From Camelus dromedarius (lineage: Eukaryota), in the NCBI RefSeq assembly GCF_036321535.1, contig NC_087437.1:42844001-42908000 (forward strand): a stretch of 64,000 nucleotides of DNA. The letters are read 5' to 3'. The translations under genes were made by a program, and so were the position numbers. Position 1 is the stretch's first letter. Each line of letters opens with the position of its first letter. Shown piece after piece: positions 1-13,295 of the stretch. Below the pieces are notes generated by a model. The model was not told the origin of the DNA. It saw only the letters and a list, made by a program, of their open reading frames with translations, and did no database searches.

Positions 1-310
1 TTCTATGGGAATCCATTTCTTCCTTCTTCCAGCTCTTAGAAGCTGCTGGTGTTCTCTGACTTATGGCCCCATCACTCCAACCTCTGCTTTAATCACCTTG
101 CCTTCTTTTACTTTGAGCCTCTCACCCGCCTCTATAAGGACGCTTGTGATTATACTGGGAACACTAGGATAATCCAGATAACCTCTTCATCTCAAGATCT
201 TTAGTTAATCACATCTGCAATATTTGTTCTACTATATAAAGTAACATATTCACAGGTTCAGGGGATTAGAATGTTGACATCTTTGCCAGGCCTTTATTTA
301 GCATAACACA
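1..310 (-). mobile_element. MaLR solo LTR (MLT1C/MLT1D-like), cut by window start
   Basis: Resembles the reverse complement of the MLT1 5' half: ataaggacgcttgtgattata...ggataatccagataacctcttcatctcaagatc...gtaacatattcacaggttc. Terminates in ...acaca. Confidence 0.85.
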
Positions 311-1564
311 AATCCTAACTGATTTTTTGTATTTTATTTCACTCCATCCAAACCTTTTCAGTTCTTCATTTTTACCTATTGAATAGTGTTATTGTAAGCA
401 ATATAAAAAAGACTTTCTTGAAATGTAAATTAATGACTTAGTTAAATCAGTCCACCCATTTGTTGCATAGTTACTATGGCCCAGTAGGTTTAATAGGCTT
501 CCTGCACTTCTCTGTCTTGTCCTTGTAACTATTTTCTATAGCCAAGAATTGGATGAATAGACCCCTTTTAAAATTTTAAAGTGGTAGAAAATACTTCTCT
601 TTAATTGTTTGGCATCCATCTGTCCTTTCTTAGAGACCTCATGTTTATACATTAATTTTAACAAGATTGCCTCGTTAAAATATCTTGAATGCATGTAAGA
701 AAGTAATATCTTTAAAAGCTCCCAAAGAGAGAAAGTATAGCAGAGTTTCAAAGCTAGATAAAAAGTAAACAAAAAATCCAGTCCGACTAATACATGGCCC
801 AAATGACCAAATGGTGGGAAGCCACAGGATGATTGCAGACCTGAGGAGCCAGTCAAGGAAGGGCAAATGACCAAGGCATCGTGACTTACTTCTTCAATGT
901 TGGGATGAGAGTGACTCTAGGCTCACATGGCCATCTATATGTCCATTAATGAAACCTTAAGGTACAACTTTTTTTTTTTTTCTGCCATAAAACTACGCAG
1001 GAAAAGAACAAGTAGTTTTGTTTATTCACAGCAGAACATCCTATGACAATGAGTAATGCTTTACAAAGGGACACTGTGGTACAGAATGGGAGCAGAAAAC
1101 CTGGTTTTTACCTTGTCAGAAAGAAATTTCTACAAAAATAAAGGGTTTGGCTGTTTTTACATAACTCCAGGTACTGAAGGTGTTTTGATTTGTTTTGGAA
1201 GGTGATGATAGTGTTGTGAATTCTAAGGGCTCTTTCTGGGAAGAACAAAAGGATGTGCATATAATTACCAAGGACGTGGGAGAAAAAGGATGCTTGGTAA
1301 ATTAGTGAGTCCTTTGAGTCCTACTTTCTAACCATTGGCCTGAGAAATGAACAGTTGTAAGAGAGGTTGGGAAAGAGTATGATTTTACTGATATTGATCA
1401 AATGTTGAGATGAGGTCTGAAATTATTGCATAATGCACACAATTCTGTGCTGTGTACTTGATGTTTGAACACATAATAGACACCTTCAGTGAAGAGTCCA
1501 AGTTTTGATTAAATGAATAACATCTTGGTACTCCCTCATATGTTTTCTCATTATACTTAAAAAA

Positions 1565-1720
1565 TTCAGTCAAAAAGCATTTGTTGAGTGCTTATCATGT
1601 GTCAGACACTTTGCCATGCCCCAAGTCGACAAAAACAAACACCTGACTCTCTGGGGCTTGTAGTCCATTAGAGAAAGACAGACATATAAATAAATAAGTA
1701 CAGTTCTGTGTTAAGAGGTT
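1565..1720 (-). mobile_element. L2 3' end fragment
   Basis: aagcatttgttgagtgcttatcatgtgtcagacact...ggggcttgtagtcc is the typical antisense L2 tail. Confidence 0.7.
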
Positions 1721-2174
1721 GCGTTGAAGTTGCATCATAGAATTTCTCCCCTTCTTCAGTACCTTTCTGATTTCATATAAACTCTACTTTAGATTTAGAT
1801 GCTGAAAAGATTATTGATGTTTTAACAATTTCCTGACACCTCTTTTCCCTACCCCGAATATGTGAAAACCTTGTTTTAGGATTTTAAAAGCAAAGGGAGA
1901 TATTTCAGTGGATAAATAATAGGACCTGATTCACATTTTAGAATTATTATTCTGGCAGAAATGAGATGATGTCCATGTATTATGGAAATGATATTGGGGC
2001 ACAAAGCAGGAGATTATTGCACAAGAACACGAGGGCCTGAAATGGAGAAGCCATTTCAGAAATATTTGCTGAACGAATGGATAGATGGAAGAGATCCTAA
2101 ACTGGGGACAACAGGAAAGGAGCATATTCAGCTACAAGACTGAGTGGTGTATCAAAGAGGCAGGCTACAACGCA

Positions 2175-2600
2175 CACACACTGGATGTTGAGAGGAAGGC
2201 AAAGGAGAGAATCTGGGTAATACCTAGGTTTCTGTCTAGGGCCACAGAGCATCATGGTGATGTCTTTTTTTTTTTTTTTTTAAGATCGGTAAATGGAGAC
2301 GGAAGAGAAGGAAAGGTGATATGTTTTGTTCTGGATAAATTGTTTTTGAGATGAGCAAGGGATATCTGGGTAGAGATGCTCAGTAGGCTTATGAAGAGAA
2401 TGGAAGAAGCCATCTAGACTGAACAGAAATATCTAGGACTCACCAGAATTGGTGGGGCGGCGTGGTAATTGAAGCCAGTTATAGGGAAGGAAATTGCTCA
2501 GGGAAAATGTGTAGCAAGAAAAGGAGGAAAGAATACCAAGGAACACCAATTTTAAGGAAAATCAGAGAATGATGATGCAACAAAAGAGACTGAGAAGTCA
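2175..2600 (-). mobile_element. L2 internal fragment
   Basis: Purine-rich antisense L2 pattern (ctggatgttgagagg...aggtttctg...gagatgagcaagggatatctgggtagagatg). Confidence 0.55.
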
Positions 2601-4469
2601 TCATCATCCAGGCAGCATATTCTGTTCCACCCTTTATCCAGTGTGTATTTGTGTACGTGTCTTTTGGAGCTAAGTCCTTTAAGAAAGGGAATCATTTTGT
2701 ATTTTATTCCAAAAATCTGAAATAGGGCAAATAATAGATGATAAATAAATGTTGCCTCAGGAAATACACGCTTTCATTAGAATGTATATTTTTCATAACT
2801 TTATGTAAGTTCTTTCCCTATGTGTTTGGTGGATGTTCATGTTCATAACTTTACTAAAGTTATCCATTTTTGTGTAGCACTTCATTAATAGTAATTATTA
2901 CCCTTACATAACTGTCCCCAGAGAAACATTAGCCTACCATGGCTGAATTTTAGGAACATTGGCCCAAACAGTAGGGGCAAATAACTTGAGACAGCATGCA
3001 GACAATACCAATAATGCTCGCAGATTTTTGCCTGCTTTTGTAAATCACCAGGAAGCCAAGGTATCTCAACAACAACAACTTGACTACAGATGTAAAATTC
3101 TCCCTCAGAGAATAGGGAAAAAAAAACCACTTGTCTTCTATAAAGTTACTTATCATTCTGCACCACTCTTATAAATTAATTTGCAGTTGAAGTAATAGCA
3201 TTTCTACATATGTATTTTGCATTAATGCAAATCTAGATCTAATATTCAGGAAAATCATTTCACATTGTTAATATTATTTCTAGCTATAGCCTGCCTGGCT
3301 GACATGATGTGCCTACAAGGGTGATTTCAGAAGCACTTGAAAAGCCCTCTGCCCCCTCAAATGCAGTCGTCATCTGCTCTCTGACTCCCCTGATTTCCTT
3401 ATCCTATAAAATGGTTATTAGATTTAAGGATGACAACCCAAACACCCATTATAGGGAGGGCATAAGTGACTTAATTCTTCAATGACAAGTTAGGAGTAAA
3501 TGGAAAATTAGGAAAATAGGACAACTTTACGTTTGAGCATTGTTTTTGGAAGAAATTGTTAGTTTTTGTAGCATAATTAACCCATGTCAGTTACAGGAAA
3601 ATATATTCATTTGATCAATTGTTATAGCCCTTTGCTACTAATTCTCTTAAATCTTAAAAAAAAGAAGTCCTGGCCATTAAATTATAAGCTTTTTGAGGGT
3701 AGAAACTGCCTCTTAATCACCGTTATATTCTGCCCTTGTCACTAGCAGCTAACAGGGACTAGTGTAGAGAAGAAAAAGAAGGAGGTAGATAAATATATAT
3801 GTCACCACCATGAAGGATGTGTTCCAGAGTAGGAAAGGGTAAAGATGGAGCAATCAGGGAACACCAAGAATAAATGACCTACAAAAATATGTGATAACAT
3901 GAAACAATATGCTTAAGAAAAATAAAAAGGAAGTTTCCTTCCTTTGAGAGATTGTGTCCGGGATTCTTCTGGGGGACGAGGTCCTTGTTACAGGGAGGAT
4001 GTTACCTCCACAAGGCACAGGAGAGCCAGACAATGAAAGGAGAAGCCCCAGGAGGCCCTTAACCTGATGCTGAATTTATGCATGCTGTTTTAGGCCACAA
4101 TAACATCTCTTTGGTGTCTTGGCTTTAGAGGAAATTAATAGAACTAGAAGTACATTTGACATTTTCATTACTCAAGGAAATTAATCCATTATGGCAATTA
4201 GTGTACTCTTTTGCAAACTAAAGCCTAAATACCAACTGAAGGAAATTATAAAGATAAATAATTTTAGGGAACATTGCGACGTTGTCTTTTCACAAAGAAA
4301 ACTGATTTAATAAAAAATAATTTTTAAATTTTATTTTACTATTAAAAAAAAAAAAACCTTTCCAAAAACTGGAAAGAGAACATTTGAACAAGGCCAGGGT
4401 TTGATCTCATCAAAAACTGATTGTATACACCCAAGTTTCACCAAATCTTTTAAAACCACTGTCATTTTT

Positions 4470-5713
4470 AAAAAAATTTTTTTATTGAGTTATAGTCATT
4501 TTACAATGTTGTGTCAAATTCCAGTGTAGAGCACAATTTTTCAGTTATACATGAACATACATTCATTGTCACATTCTCTTTCACTGTTAGCCACTACAAG
4601 ATCCTGTATATATTTCCCTGTGCTACACAGTACAATCTAGTTTATCTATTCTACAATTTGAAATCCCAGTCTGTCCCTTCCCACTCCCTGTCCCCCTGGC
4701 AACCACAAGTTTGTATTTTATGTCTATGAGTCTGTTTCTGTTTTATATTTATGTTTATTTATTTATTTTTTTTAGATTCTGCATATGAGCGATCTCATAT
4801 GGTATTTTTCTTTCTCTTTCTGGCTTACTTCACTTAGAATGACATTCTCCAGGAGCATCCATGTTGCTGCAAATGGCGTTATGTTGTCAGTTTTTATGGC
4901 TGAGTAGTATTCCATTGTATAAATATACCACCACTTCTTTATCCAGTCATCCGCTGATGGACATTTAGGCTGTTTCCATGTCTTGGCTATTGTAAATAAT
5001 GCTGCTATGAACATTGGGGTGCAGGTGTCATCCTGAAGTAGGGTTCCTTCTGGATATAAGCCCAGGAGCAGGATTCCTGGGCCCTATGCTAAGTCTATTC
5101 CTAGTCTTTTGAGGAATCTCCATACTGTTTTCCACAGTGGCTGCACCAAACTACATTCCCACGAGCAGTGTAGGAAGGTTCCCTTTTCTCCACAGCCTCT
5201 CCAGCATTTGTCATTTGTGAATTTTTAAATGATGGCCATTCTGACTGGTGTGAGGTGATACCTCATTGTAGTTTTGATTTACATTTCTCTGATAATTAGT
5301 GATACTGAGCATTTTTTCATGTGTCTATTGATCATTTGTATGTCTTCCTTGGAGAATGGCTTGTTTAGGTCTTCTGCCCACTTTTGGATTGGGTTGTTTG
5401 TTTTTTTCTTATTAAATCATATGAGCTGCTTATATATTCTGGAGATCACGTCTTTGTCGGTTTCATTTGCAAAGATTTTCTCCCATTCCGTAGGTTGTCG
5501 TTTTGTTTTACTTACAGTTTCCTTTGCTGTGCAGAAGCTTGTAAGTTTAATTAGGTCCCATTTATTTATTCTTGCTTTTATTTCTATTGCTTGGATAGAC
5601 TGCCCTAGGAGAAAATTTTTGAGATGTATGTCAGATAATGTTTTGGCTATATTTTCTTCTAGGAGATTTGTTGTATCTTGTCTTATGTTTAAGTCTTTGA
5701 TCCATTTTGAGTG
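4470..5713 (-). mobile_element. Young 5'-truncated L1 (ORF2 C-terminus + 3' UTR)
   Basis: ORF 4772..5014 is the ORF2 C-terminus ([20 protein letters not shown]...). 17-nt TSD aaaccactgtcattttt (4453-4469) / aagccactgtcattttt (5714-5730). Confidence 0.97.
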
Positions 5714-6459
5714 AAGCCACTGTCATTTTTTGCACAGCAGATGTGGATAACAGAAGAGTATGCTTTCCAACTGATAAATAAGCTGTCTTAATAAACATCA
5801 AGCCATACATATAAAGTAGTGTTTCAAATACATAAAATAGAATTAATGAAGAAATATAGGTAAGGTAGCATTTCATTTGAAGACAAAAATCCAAAAGACT
5901 AATATTAAAATGTGAATGTGATTTTATGTCAAGGTATGTGAGTTGTAAAGTAATGCATGTTACAAAATTTATCTTCTTGAAGTTTCACATATTGTATACT
6001 TAACATTGGAGTCATCAGTAGGTGGCAATGTATTTGTTTACTATGTACAGATATGGGTTGAAGGGGCAGATGGCAATATTGAATATAAATATGCAGTGGA
6101 GATATAAAAGGCTTTTCTTATACTAATTCAACTTGTTATAAGCAAAATATTAGGATACAGTTATGTAAATTTTAAATTTGCATATTGGAAACAAATAGCA
6201 AATAGAACATTTCTCCCCTAGCATAAGGCTATGCTTAAAACATTAACATTTAAATTGCTTGAATTTTAATAATGTCTCTAAACAATGTGTTTTCTGGCAT
6301 TTATTCAGGAACTGAGTAACATACTAAAACTTCTTTGGACAAAAGCTTTCTGGGAACTCTCTTTTGCCTGTTGTACCTACACTTTCTGAAGGCTGTGGGA
6401 TAAAGGATCGAAGAATATGTTGAAATTAAGCACTGAATATTAGCACAACCTAATTTCTT

Positions 6460-6484
6460 TTTTTTCATTTTTCTTTTTTTAGTG

Positions 6485-6522
<38 letters not shown>

Positions 6523-8445
6523 AATTGAAGTATAAACAGTTTAAAATGTTGTGGCAATTTCTGGTGTGCAGCATAATGCTTCAGTCATACACAAGCATAC
6601 ATATATTCCTTTTCATTTCCTTTTTCACCATAAGTTACTATAAGATATTTAATATAGTTCCCTGTGCTATGCAGTATGAATTTGTTGTTTATCTATTTTA
6701 TACGTATTAGCTAGTATCTGCAAATCTCGAACTCCCAATTTATCCCTTCCCACCACATTTCCCCCCTGGTAACCGTAAGTCTGTTTTCTATATCTGTGAG
6801 GCTGATTCTATTTTATAAATAAGTTTGTCTTTTTTTTTCTTTTTTCTTTTTTTTTAAATTACACGCGGGGAATTTTTTTTGCGCTTTCTGGCTTACTTCA
6901 CTTAGAGTGACAATCTCTAGGTCCATCCATGTTGCTGCAAATGGCATTATTTTATTCTTTTTTATGACTGAGTAGTATTCCATTGTATAAATACACCACA
7001 ACTTCTTTATCCAGTCATCTGTCGATGGACATTTAGGTTGTTTCCATGTCTTGGCTATTGTAAATAGTGCTGCTATGAACATTGAGGTGCATGTATCTTT
7101 TTGAATTAAGGTTCCCTTTGGATATATGCCCAGCAGTGAGATTGCTGAATCATATGGTAAGTCTATCTTTAGTCTTTTGAGGAATCTCCGTACTGTTTTC
7201 CATAAAGGCTGCACCAAACTACATTCCTACCAATAGTGTAGGAGGGTTCCCTTTTCTCCACACCCTCTCCAGCATTTACTGTTTGTGGACTTTTGTGTGA
7301 TGGCCATTCTGACTGTGTGAGGTGATGCCTCATTATAGTTTTGATTTGTATTTCTCTGACAATTAGTGATATTGAGCATTTTTTCATGTGCCTGTTGGCC
7401 ATTTGTATGTCTTCATTAGAGAATTGCTTGTTTAGGTCTTCTGCCCATTTTTGGATTGGGTTGTTTGTTTTTTGTTATTAAATCATATGAGCTGTTTATA
7501 TATTCTGGAAATTAAGCCTTTATCAGTCTCATCTTATGCAAGTATTTTCTCCCATTCTGTAGATTTTTTGTTTTGCTTATGGTTTCCTTTGCTGTGAAAA
7601 AGCTTATAAGTTTAATTACATCCCGTTTGTTTATTTTTGCTTTTATTTCTATTGCCTGAGTAGACTGCCCTAGGAGAACATTGCTGCAATTTATGTCAGA
7701 TAATGTTTTGCCTATGTTTTTTCTTCTAAGAAGTTTATAGTGTCTTCTCTTATGTTTAAATCTTTAAGCCATTTTGAGTTAATTTTTGTGTATGATGTGA
7801 AGGTGTATTCTAATTTCATTGATTTACATGCAGCTGTCCAGTTTTCCCAACGCCACTTGTTCAAGAGACTATCTTTTCTCTGTTGTATGTTCTTGCCTCC
7901 TTTGTCAAAGATTAACTGACCATAGTTTATGAGTTTATTTCTGGGCTCTCTGTTCTGTTCCATTGATCCATATGTTTTTGTACTAGCACCATGCTGTTTT
8001 GATTACTGTAGCTTTCTAGTATTGTCTGAAGTCTGGGAGTGTTATTCCTCCAGCTTGATTCTTTTTCTTCACTATTGCTTTGGCAATTTGGGGTCTTTTG
8101 TGATTCCATATAAATTTTAGGATTAGTTGTTCTAGTTCTGTGAAAAATGTCCTAGGTAGTTTGATAGGGATTGCATTAAATCTATAGATTGCTTTGGGTT
8201 GTATGGCCATTTTAACAATATTGATTCTTCCAATCCAAGAACATGGAATATCTTTCCATTTCTTTAAGCTGTGTTTAATTTCCTTTGTCAATGTTTTGTA
8301 GTTCTCCATGTATAAGTCTTTCGCTTCTTTGGTCAGATTTATTCCTACATATTTTATTTTTTTGAATGCAATTTTAAAGAGGATTGTTTCTTTACTTTCC
8401 TTTTCTGATATTTCATTGTTGGTGTAAAGAAATGCCACTGATTTC
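6460..8445 (-). mobile_element. 5'-truncated L1 (older subfamily with a different 3' UTR), frameshifted ORF2
   Basis: ORF2 pieces at 8016..8438, 7712..7963, 7169..7402 and 6813..7217. TSD tagcacaacctaatttctt (6441-6459) / tagcacactctaatttctt (8446-8464), at a TT|AAGA site on the minus strand. Confidence 0.97.
6485..6522. repeat. (TA)n + T-run microsatellite within the L1 poly(A) tail
   Basis: Read directly from the sequence. Confidence 0.9.
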
Positions 8446-8464
8446 TAGCACACTCTAATTTCTT

Positions 8465-9071
8465 AACTCTTTATTGGATATGCTACACAAATAGAAATGT
8501 ATACATATAAGTATAGGGTTTAATAAATGTTCACAAACTTAATAAACTGTCAAAGTATACACAGACTAAGCAATAGAAAATTACCAGCACTTTAAAACCT
8601 CTCCATGCTTCTCTCTGGCCACTACGCCCCCTGCACCATCACCACCTCCCTCAGGGTAATCTCTATCGTGATTTCTAACAGCATAGTTTAGGTTTTTTTG
8701 TTTGTTTGTTTTTATACTCTATATAGAGTTAGCATGTATTCTTTTGTGTTCATCTTCATTTGCTTAACATTATGTTTGTGAGAATCATCCATATTATTAT
8801 TTCTAATTGTTCACCATTCATTCTTATTGTTAAGCAGTATTCCTCTGTGTGAATATATCATAATTTAGTCAACTATTGATGATCTTTTGTGTAGTTTCCA
8901 GTTTAAAGGAGTGATGAACAGTATTATGAATATTCTAAAACACATCCTTTGGTGAACATGTGTATGCATTTGCTCAGTATACACTCTGGAGTGAAATTGC
9001 TGGGTCATAGCTTATGTCTCTAGCTTTAGTATAATAGGTACTACCCAAATGCTTTCCACAGTGGTTGTACC
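8465..9071 (-). mobile_element. Ancient L1 (L1ME-like) 3' end
   Basis: Degenerate antisense L1 3' motifs: cattatgtttgtgagaatcatccat, gtattcctctgtgtgaatatatcataattt, gagtgaaattgctgggtcatag, ttccacagtggttgtacc. Confidence 0.8.
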
Positions 9072-9384
9072 CTAGCTAGATTTTTAATCGACCACTAACA
9101 AACATGGGCTCTTTCGATTTACTACATTCCTGATTCAACCTGAAACCATAGGTAAACCCCCAATTATTTCAGAGCAAATTCCTTGAGACAGTTCTTTCAG
9201 ACCAAAGTAAAGTCCTATAGAATAAAGAAATTATTTAATCTACTTTATGTACCTCTGAATGTATGATTCTTGCCTCCTTAGTTTGTTGATGTTTCTTGTC
9301 TAAAAAGATGGATTGGATATAACATGTCTGGGGAAATGATGATCACAGCTACTCATAGTGTATGTTACATTTTCTCTGCACTTT

Positions 9385-9540
9385 TCACAGGGATCTCAGG
9401 TATTATTATCCTCATTGTATATGCGAGGAAACTGCATCTCAGAAAGGTTAAGTGACTGCCCAAGCTAGGACAGCTAGTGAGGGGCAGTGCAGGGATCCAA
9501 CCTAAGTCTTTCTTTATTCCTAAGCCCAGATCTTCCTCTC
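9385..9540 (-). mobile_element. MIR
   Basis: Antisense core attattatcctcatt...gaggaaactg...aggttaagtgactgcccaag. Confidence 0.8.
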
Positions 9541-10679
9541 TGCCAAGTGCATCTCACGGCACTATGCCGCCTAGTGAATCCTTTTCATGTTGCCTGTTTA
9601 ATACTGGCCCCTCCTGCACACAGAGGGAGTCAAATGTGAACCTCATTGTGGGTTGACCCTTCCATATTAATTCAGAGTAGCTGCTTCCTGATAGATTGTT
9701 TCCCATTGACTTTTATCATTAAAGCATATGCAGTATGCAAAATAATTTGAAATGTTATGCAATCTTTTCTCCATATTAATACATATGTAGGGATGTGGTA
9801 TTCCTGACACAGAAACAGAAACAAAGCTGTTTTGTGTTGTTCTTTGCATTTCTAGTAGGAGTCATAATTTCATATTTGCAAGTATTACAAGTAGAAATGC
9901 TAATCTTATGTCTTCATGTGCTCTTTCTTTTTGAAGATATAAGCAAAGGCAGTTGCTATTTGTGACCATGACTCAAAAGGCTGTTTTTTCTTCCTTAATA
10001 TATTAAGGCTGCATATTGGTTTACAACTCGAGTCACTAATCATTCTATTTCTCCCCTTACAGTTTCATCATTTTGCTCAAAATGTACCATTTCATGAACA
10101 CTTACCATATTCCAAGCTGCCTGTGCATTTTAAATGTTCCTACTACAAACTGGCTCCACTTCATTTCATCATACAGCTACTGTCTGAATGTCCATTCTTT
10201 GCACTCATCAAACTTCTGGAATTTGTTGAAGCAAATAGCATTAGTAGAACTCCAATATCAATACTCTGTCTTCATTCCATGACCTCCAAGTTGGTGATTC
10301 TCTCTTGCTATTTAGTGCTAATTATGACTTTAAATTATGTTGGTGAGATGTTCAAGGAATTAGATGTGATTAATATAAAAGATCCAAATCTCTCTTGGAC
10401 ATAAGGTAGATTACACAATATCTTCATTCTACACGTCTTTACTTTGGTCTGAAATAGTTTCTTTTACATTTTCATTTTGACCATAATTAAGAAATTATGC
10501 TGAATGGGCCACATTTGCTCTAAGAATGAATAGAATTAAATTACTGTGCTGCCATTCTCCCCGAAGAACAAATCTTTGCCCTTGAAAATGTATCCATTGA
10601 GTATCATAATGTTTTGTCCTTGGCCCTGTGCAAGTCACTGTTGTCACCAATGGTTGGACGAAGAGATGAGAGGAATGAT

Positions 10680-10940
10680 TATTAAAGTTTTAGGACACTA
10701 GGAAGTATTATAAATTCAGTAAATTAAGATTAAAATTTAAAATTATTCCAGGGGGCTAGAATTCTTCACCAAAACAAGTGGAATAAAATTTAAAATAGAA
10801 ATGGGGAGAATTATGCATTTCTGAAAGGCTAACTTTGTATGTAAAAGATGTGGGCACTTGCGCAAAAGAAATTCCTATAAAAATTTGGAGGATTTAGTTC
10901 ACTTGGAATTAAGTTTTAACCAACAATATGATGCCAGTAC
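10680..10940 (+). mobile_element. Possible L3/CR1 fragment
   Basis: Weak resemblance to the L3 RT region (ataaaatttaa...ggaggatttagttcac...aaccaacaatatgatgc). Confidence 0.4.
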
Positions 10941-12734
10941 AATTTGTCTCAATTTTATTTACTATTATCATGTATTACTATGTATCTAGCATTTTAGTTT
11001 TACGTGTTACCTGCAGAAGATAAATAAAAGCATTTCAAATGGTAAATCCTGGTATCTTGCTTAAAATGATGAGCATACCACATAGAAGTAATTAACTGAA
11101 GATATTTCTTTAAGGAGTTCAAGTAATGTATTCTAGGAACATTCCTTTCTGGGCATCTAATGAATATAAGAGTAAGATAAAGAACCATGAGTATACACTA
11201 ATTCTTTCTTTGACTATGCCCTCTTAAATTCCATTTGTCCCAGGCATGATTTTAGCAGTCTTAGTTTGTGTCAGCATTTTGGGCACATCTGATTTACCAA
11301 TTGTTTATATTGTTGAATAAACATTCCTAACAACCTATCTCTATAACATCTGTCTCCATGGTAGGTAAATACATTTATCCGTGGCACATTGGAGAGACTC
11401 ATTTGACTTTCGCTGGGTCCACCCTTGGTCATGAATGCTGTAGAAGTGACTTGTAATCTTGGATCTCAGATTATACCTCATGAGCCCTTCATTCTCAGAA
11501 AGGACAAATTTTGAAGTTTTGGTCCATTTCTGAACACAATTAAATGTAAATTACTTAAGCTCCACCTAATGGCAGTAATAGTTTCCTGATTTCCATTTAC
11601 ATATGTTGATCCAACAAAACATAAATTGAGTCTGTTCACAGATCCAGTGGTATATTTGAGCACTTGAGTGAAAGGGTTTTGTGATGATTATTAAATGTGA
11701 AAAAAAGTGAATTCTTAGTATGAGAAACTTAATATTCAGTAAATGTTCTAAGGCATGTCTTGTACTCTTATACAAGGGAATGGGATTTTTCTATGCATCT
11801 TAAGAACAGTATGAGGATGTCCCTTAGGGTCCAGGAAGTTTGAACCATCTTTGGACAATTTCTAAGACGCTTTCACAAAGCGACCAAAATTTATTCAGAA
11901 TTGATTTTCTGCAGTGTAGCATGGACATCTAGGAGCAGTAAGGCTGGAAATAAATTTTTATTGAAGTATATTGCTCTTGATATTTTAAAATTGCATGTGG
12001 AAACTGTGTCCCCCTTCTGGGATATATAGGTAAGAAGAATCACAGTTCCTATCTCTTTGGAATCTAAAATGGGTTTCCATAAAGGAGTAGTGAGTGAAAG
12101 TTAGAGACCATGTAGCCTGAGAGGCTGCAGGTTAGGGATTAAATCCACCTTCGCTCAGGAAACCAGGACAAGCAATAGATAGATGCTGAAGGTGGTGCAT
12201 GTGCAAATAGACGGAGCCAGGACGGTTTGAGTTGGGGAGCTATGAGAACAGAAGCAGTTCATGAGCTCCTGCACACATGTGGGTATAGGACATTTAAAAA
12301 GACTGAGAGCATAGTATTCTTCTGTGAGCAGTTTTCTTTCTCTTCCTATATGAGCTGCAGATTCAAAAAAAATCTTTATATTTCTTGAAAATACTGCCTC
12401 ATGCCTACTCTAAATTTTAAATTTTGTTCGCTGTTATTTTTTCCTACTTCAAATTCAAATCTTTAAGTTCCTCTTTAAATAAATCTCAGATTAAAAAAAA
12501 TAAATCTCAGATAAGAAAACAAGGACATTTTTAGTCAGGTAAATTTATACCTATGTTTTAGACTTCTTTCACATTGGAAAAAAATCAGCCTGCAAAATTT
12601 ACACTATTGAAATTTTTTGGAGTTACGTGTTAAATGGATGCTTTTTCACAGGTACTCAACACTCCTCATTATAAAAACAAATAGTTTTTACTTTCTCTTC
12701 ACTAATTGTATATTTGGGCGTCCTGCAATCAAGC

Positions 12735-13295
12735 TCCTTAGGCCTGGAAGGGACATTAAACATTACATAGCTCATTTGCTCTTTTATTACTGAATCGCCA
12801 GCCTTTCTGCTAAATGTCTGTGTGGTCTGAATCGATACTTCAGTAAATGGGAACATATTACCTTTTGAGGTGGTCTATTCTTTCTCTGGAGACTCTCACT
12901 TATTAGGCAGTTCTTATTACTGAACAAAGTCTCTCTCTGACAAAATTGGGGGCCCAGAATAAAACAACTATGCTTTCTCTTTCTTTCTCTCCAACTGTTT
13001 GCATGTTGCCTTCGTGACTCCTATACCTTACCTGTCAAGTCTTTTCTTCTTCATGTCCTTCTGGCATCTACACATCTTTCAGCTGAGTATTGTTTTGAAT
13101 TCTTTCACCATCTTTGTCACTCTTGTTGATGCATATTATGTCAAGTGTGGCATCTGTGCCTGATCACAATTGTCCTGAACAAAATAGAAAGGAACTGGCA
13201 CTTTGCTGATTCTATTAGAATAGGCTGAAATACTATTAGACTTCTTGGTGGCCATATTCACTGCTGCCGCTCACTGTGCTTGCTGTATATTACTT
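12735..13295 (-). mobile_element. L3/CR1 3' region
   Basis: ctggaagggac...atacttcagtaaatgggaacatattacc...ggagactctcacttattaggcagttctt...ttcttggtggccatattcactg is collinear with antisense L3. Confidence 0.6.

Noticed and set aside
2954..3060. Possible plus-strand exon (ttttag|GAAC...CAAG|gtatct) with an open frame
   Set aside because: Weak donor and polypyrimidine tract, and the peptide is not recognisable.
5274..5714. Hydrophobic 146-aa ORF (and similar ones at 4511, 7929, 25971, 26251, 26969, 30439, 41264, 47960, 49993)
   Set aside because: These are antisense shadows of L1 ORF2 or UTR sequence, not host genes.
10106..10215. Minus-strand exon candidate with a perfect ATG|GTAAGT donor
   Set aside because: The acceptor is mediocre, the most open frame I read has a stop, and there is no partner exon. 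Isolated consensus donors are expected by chance in 64 kb.
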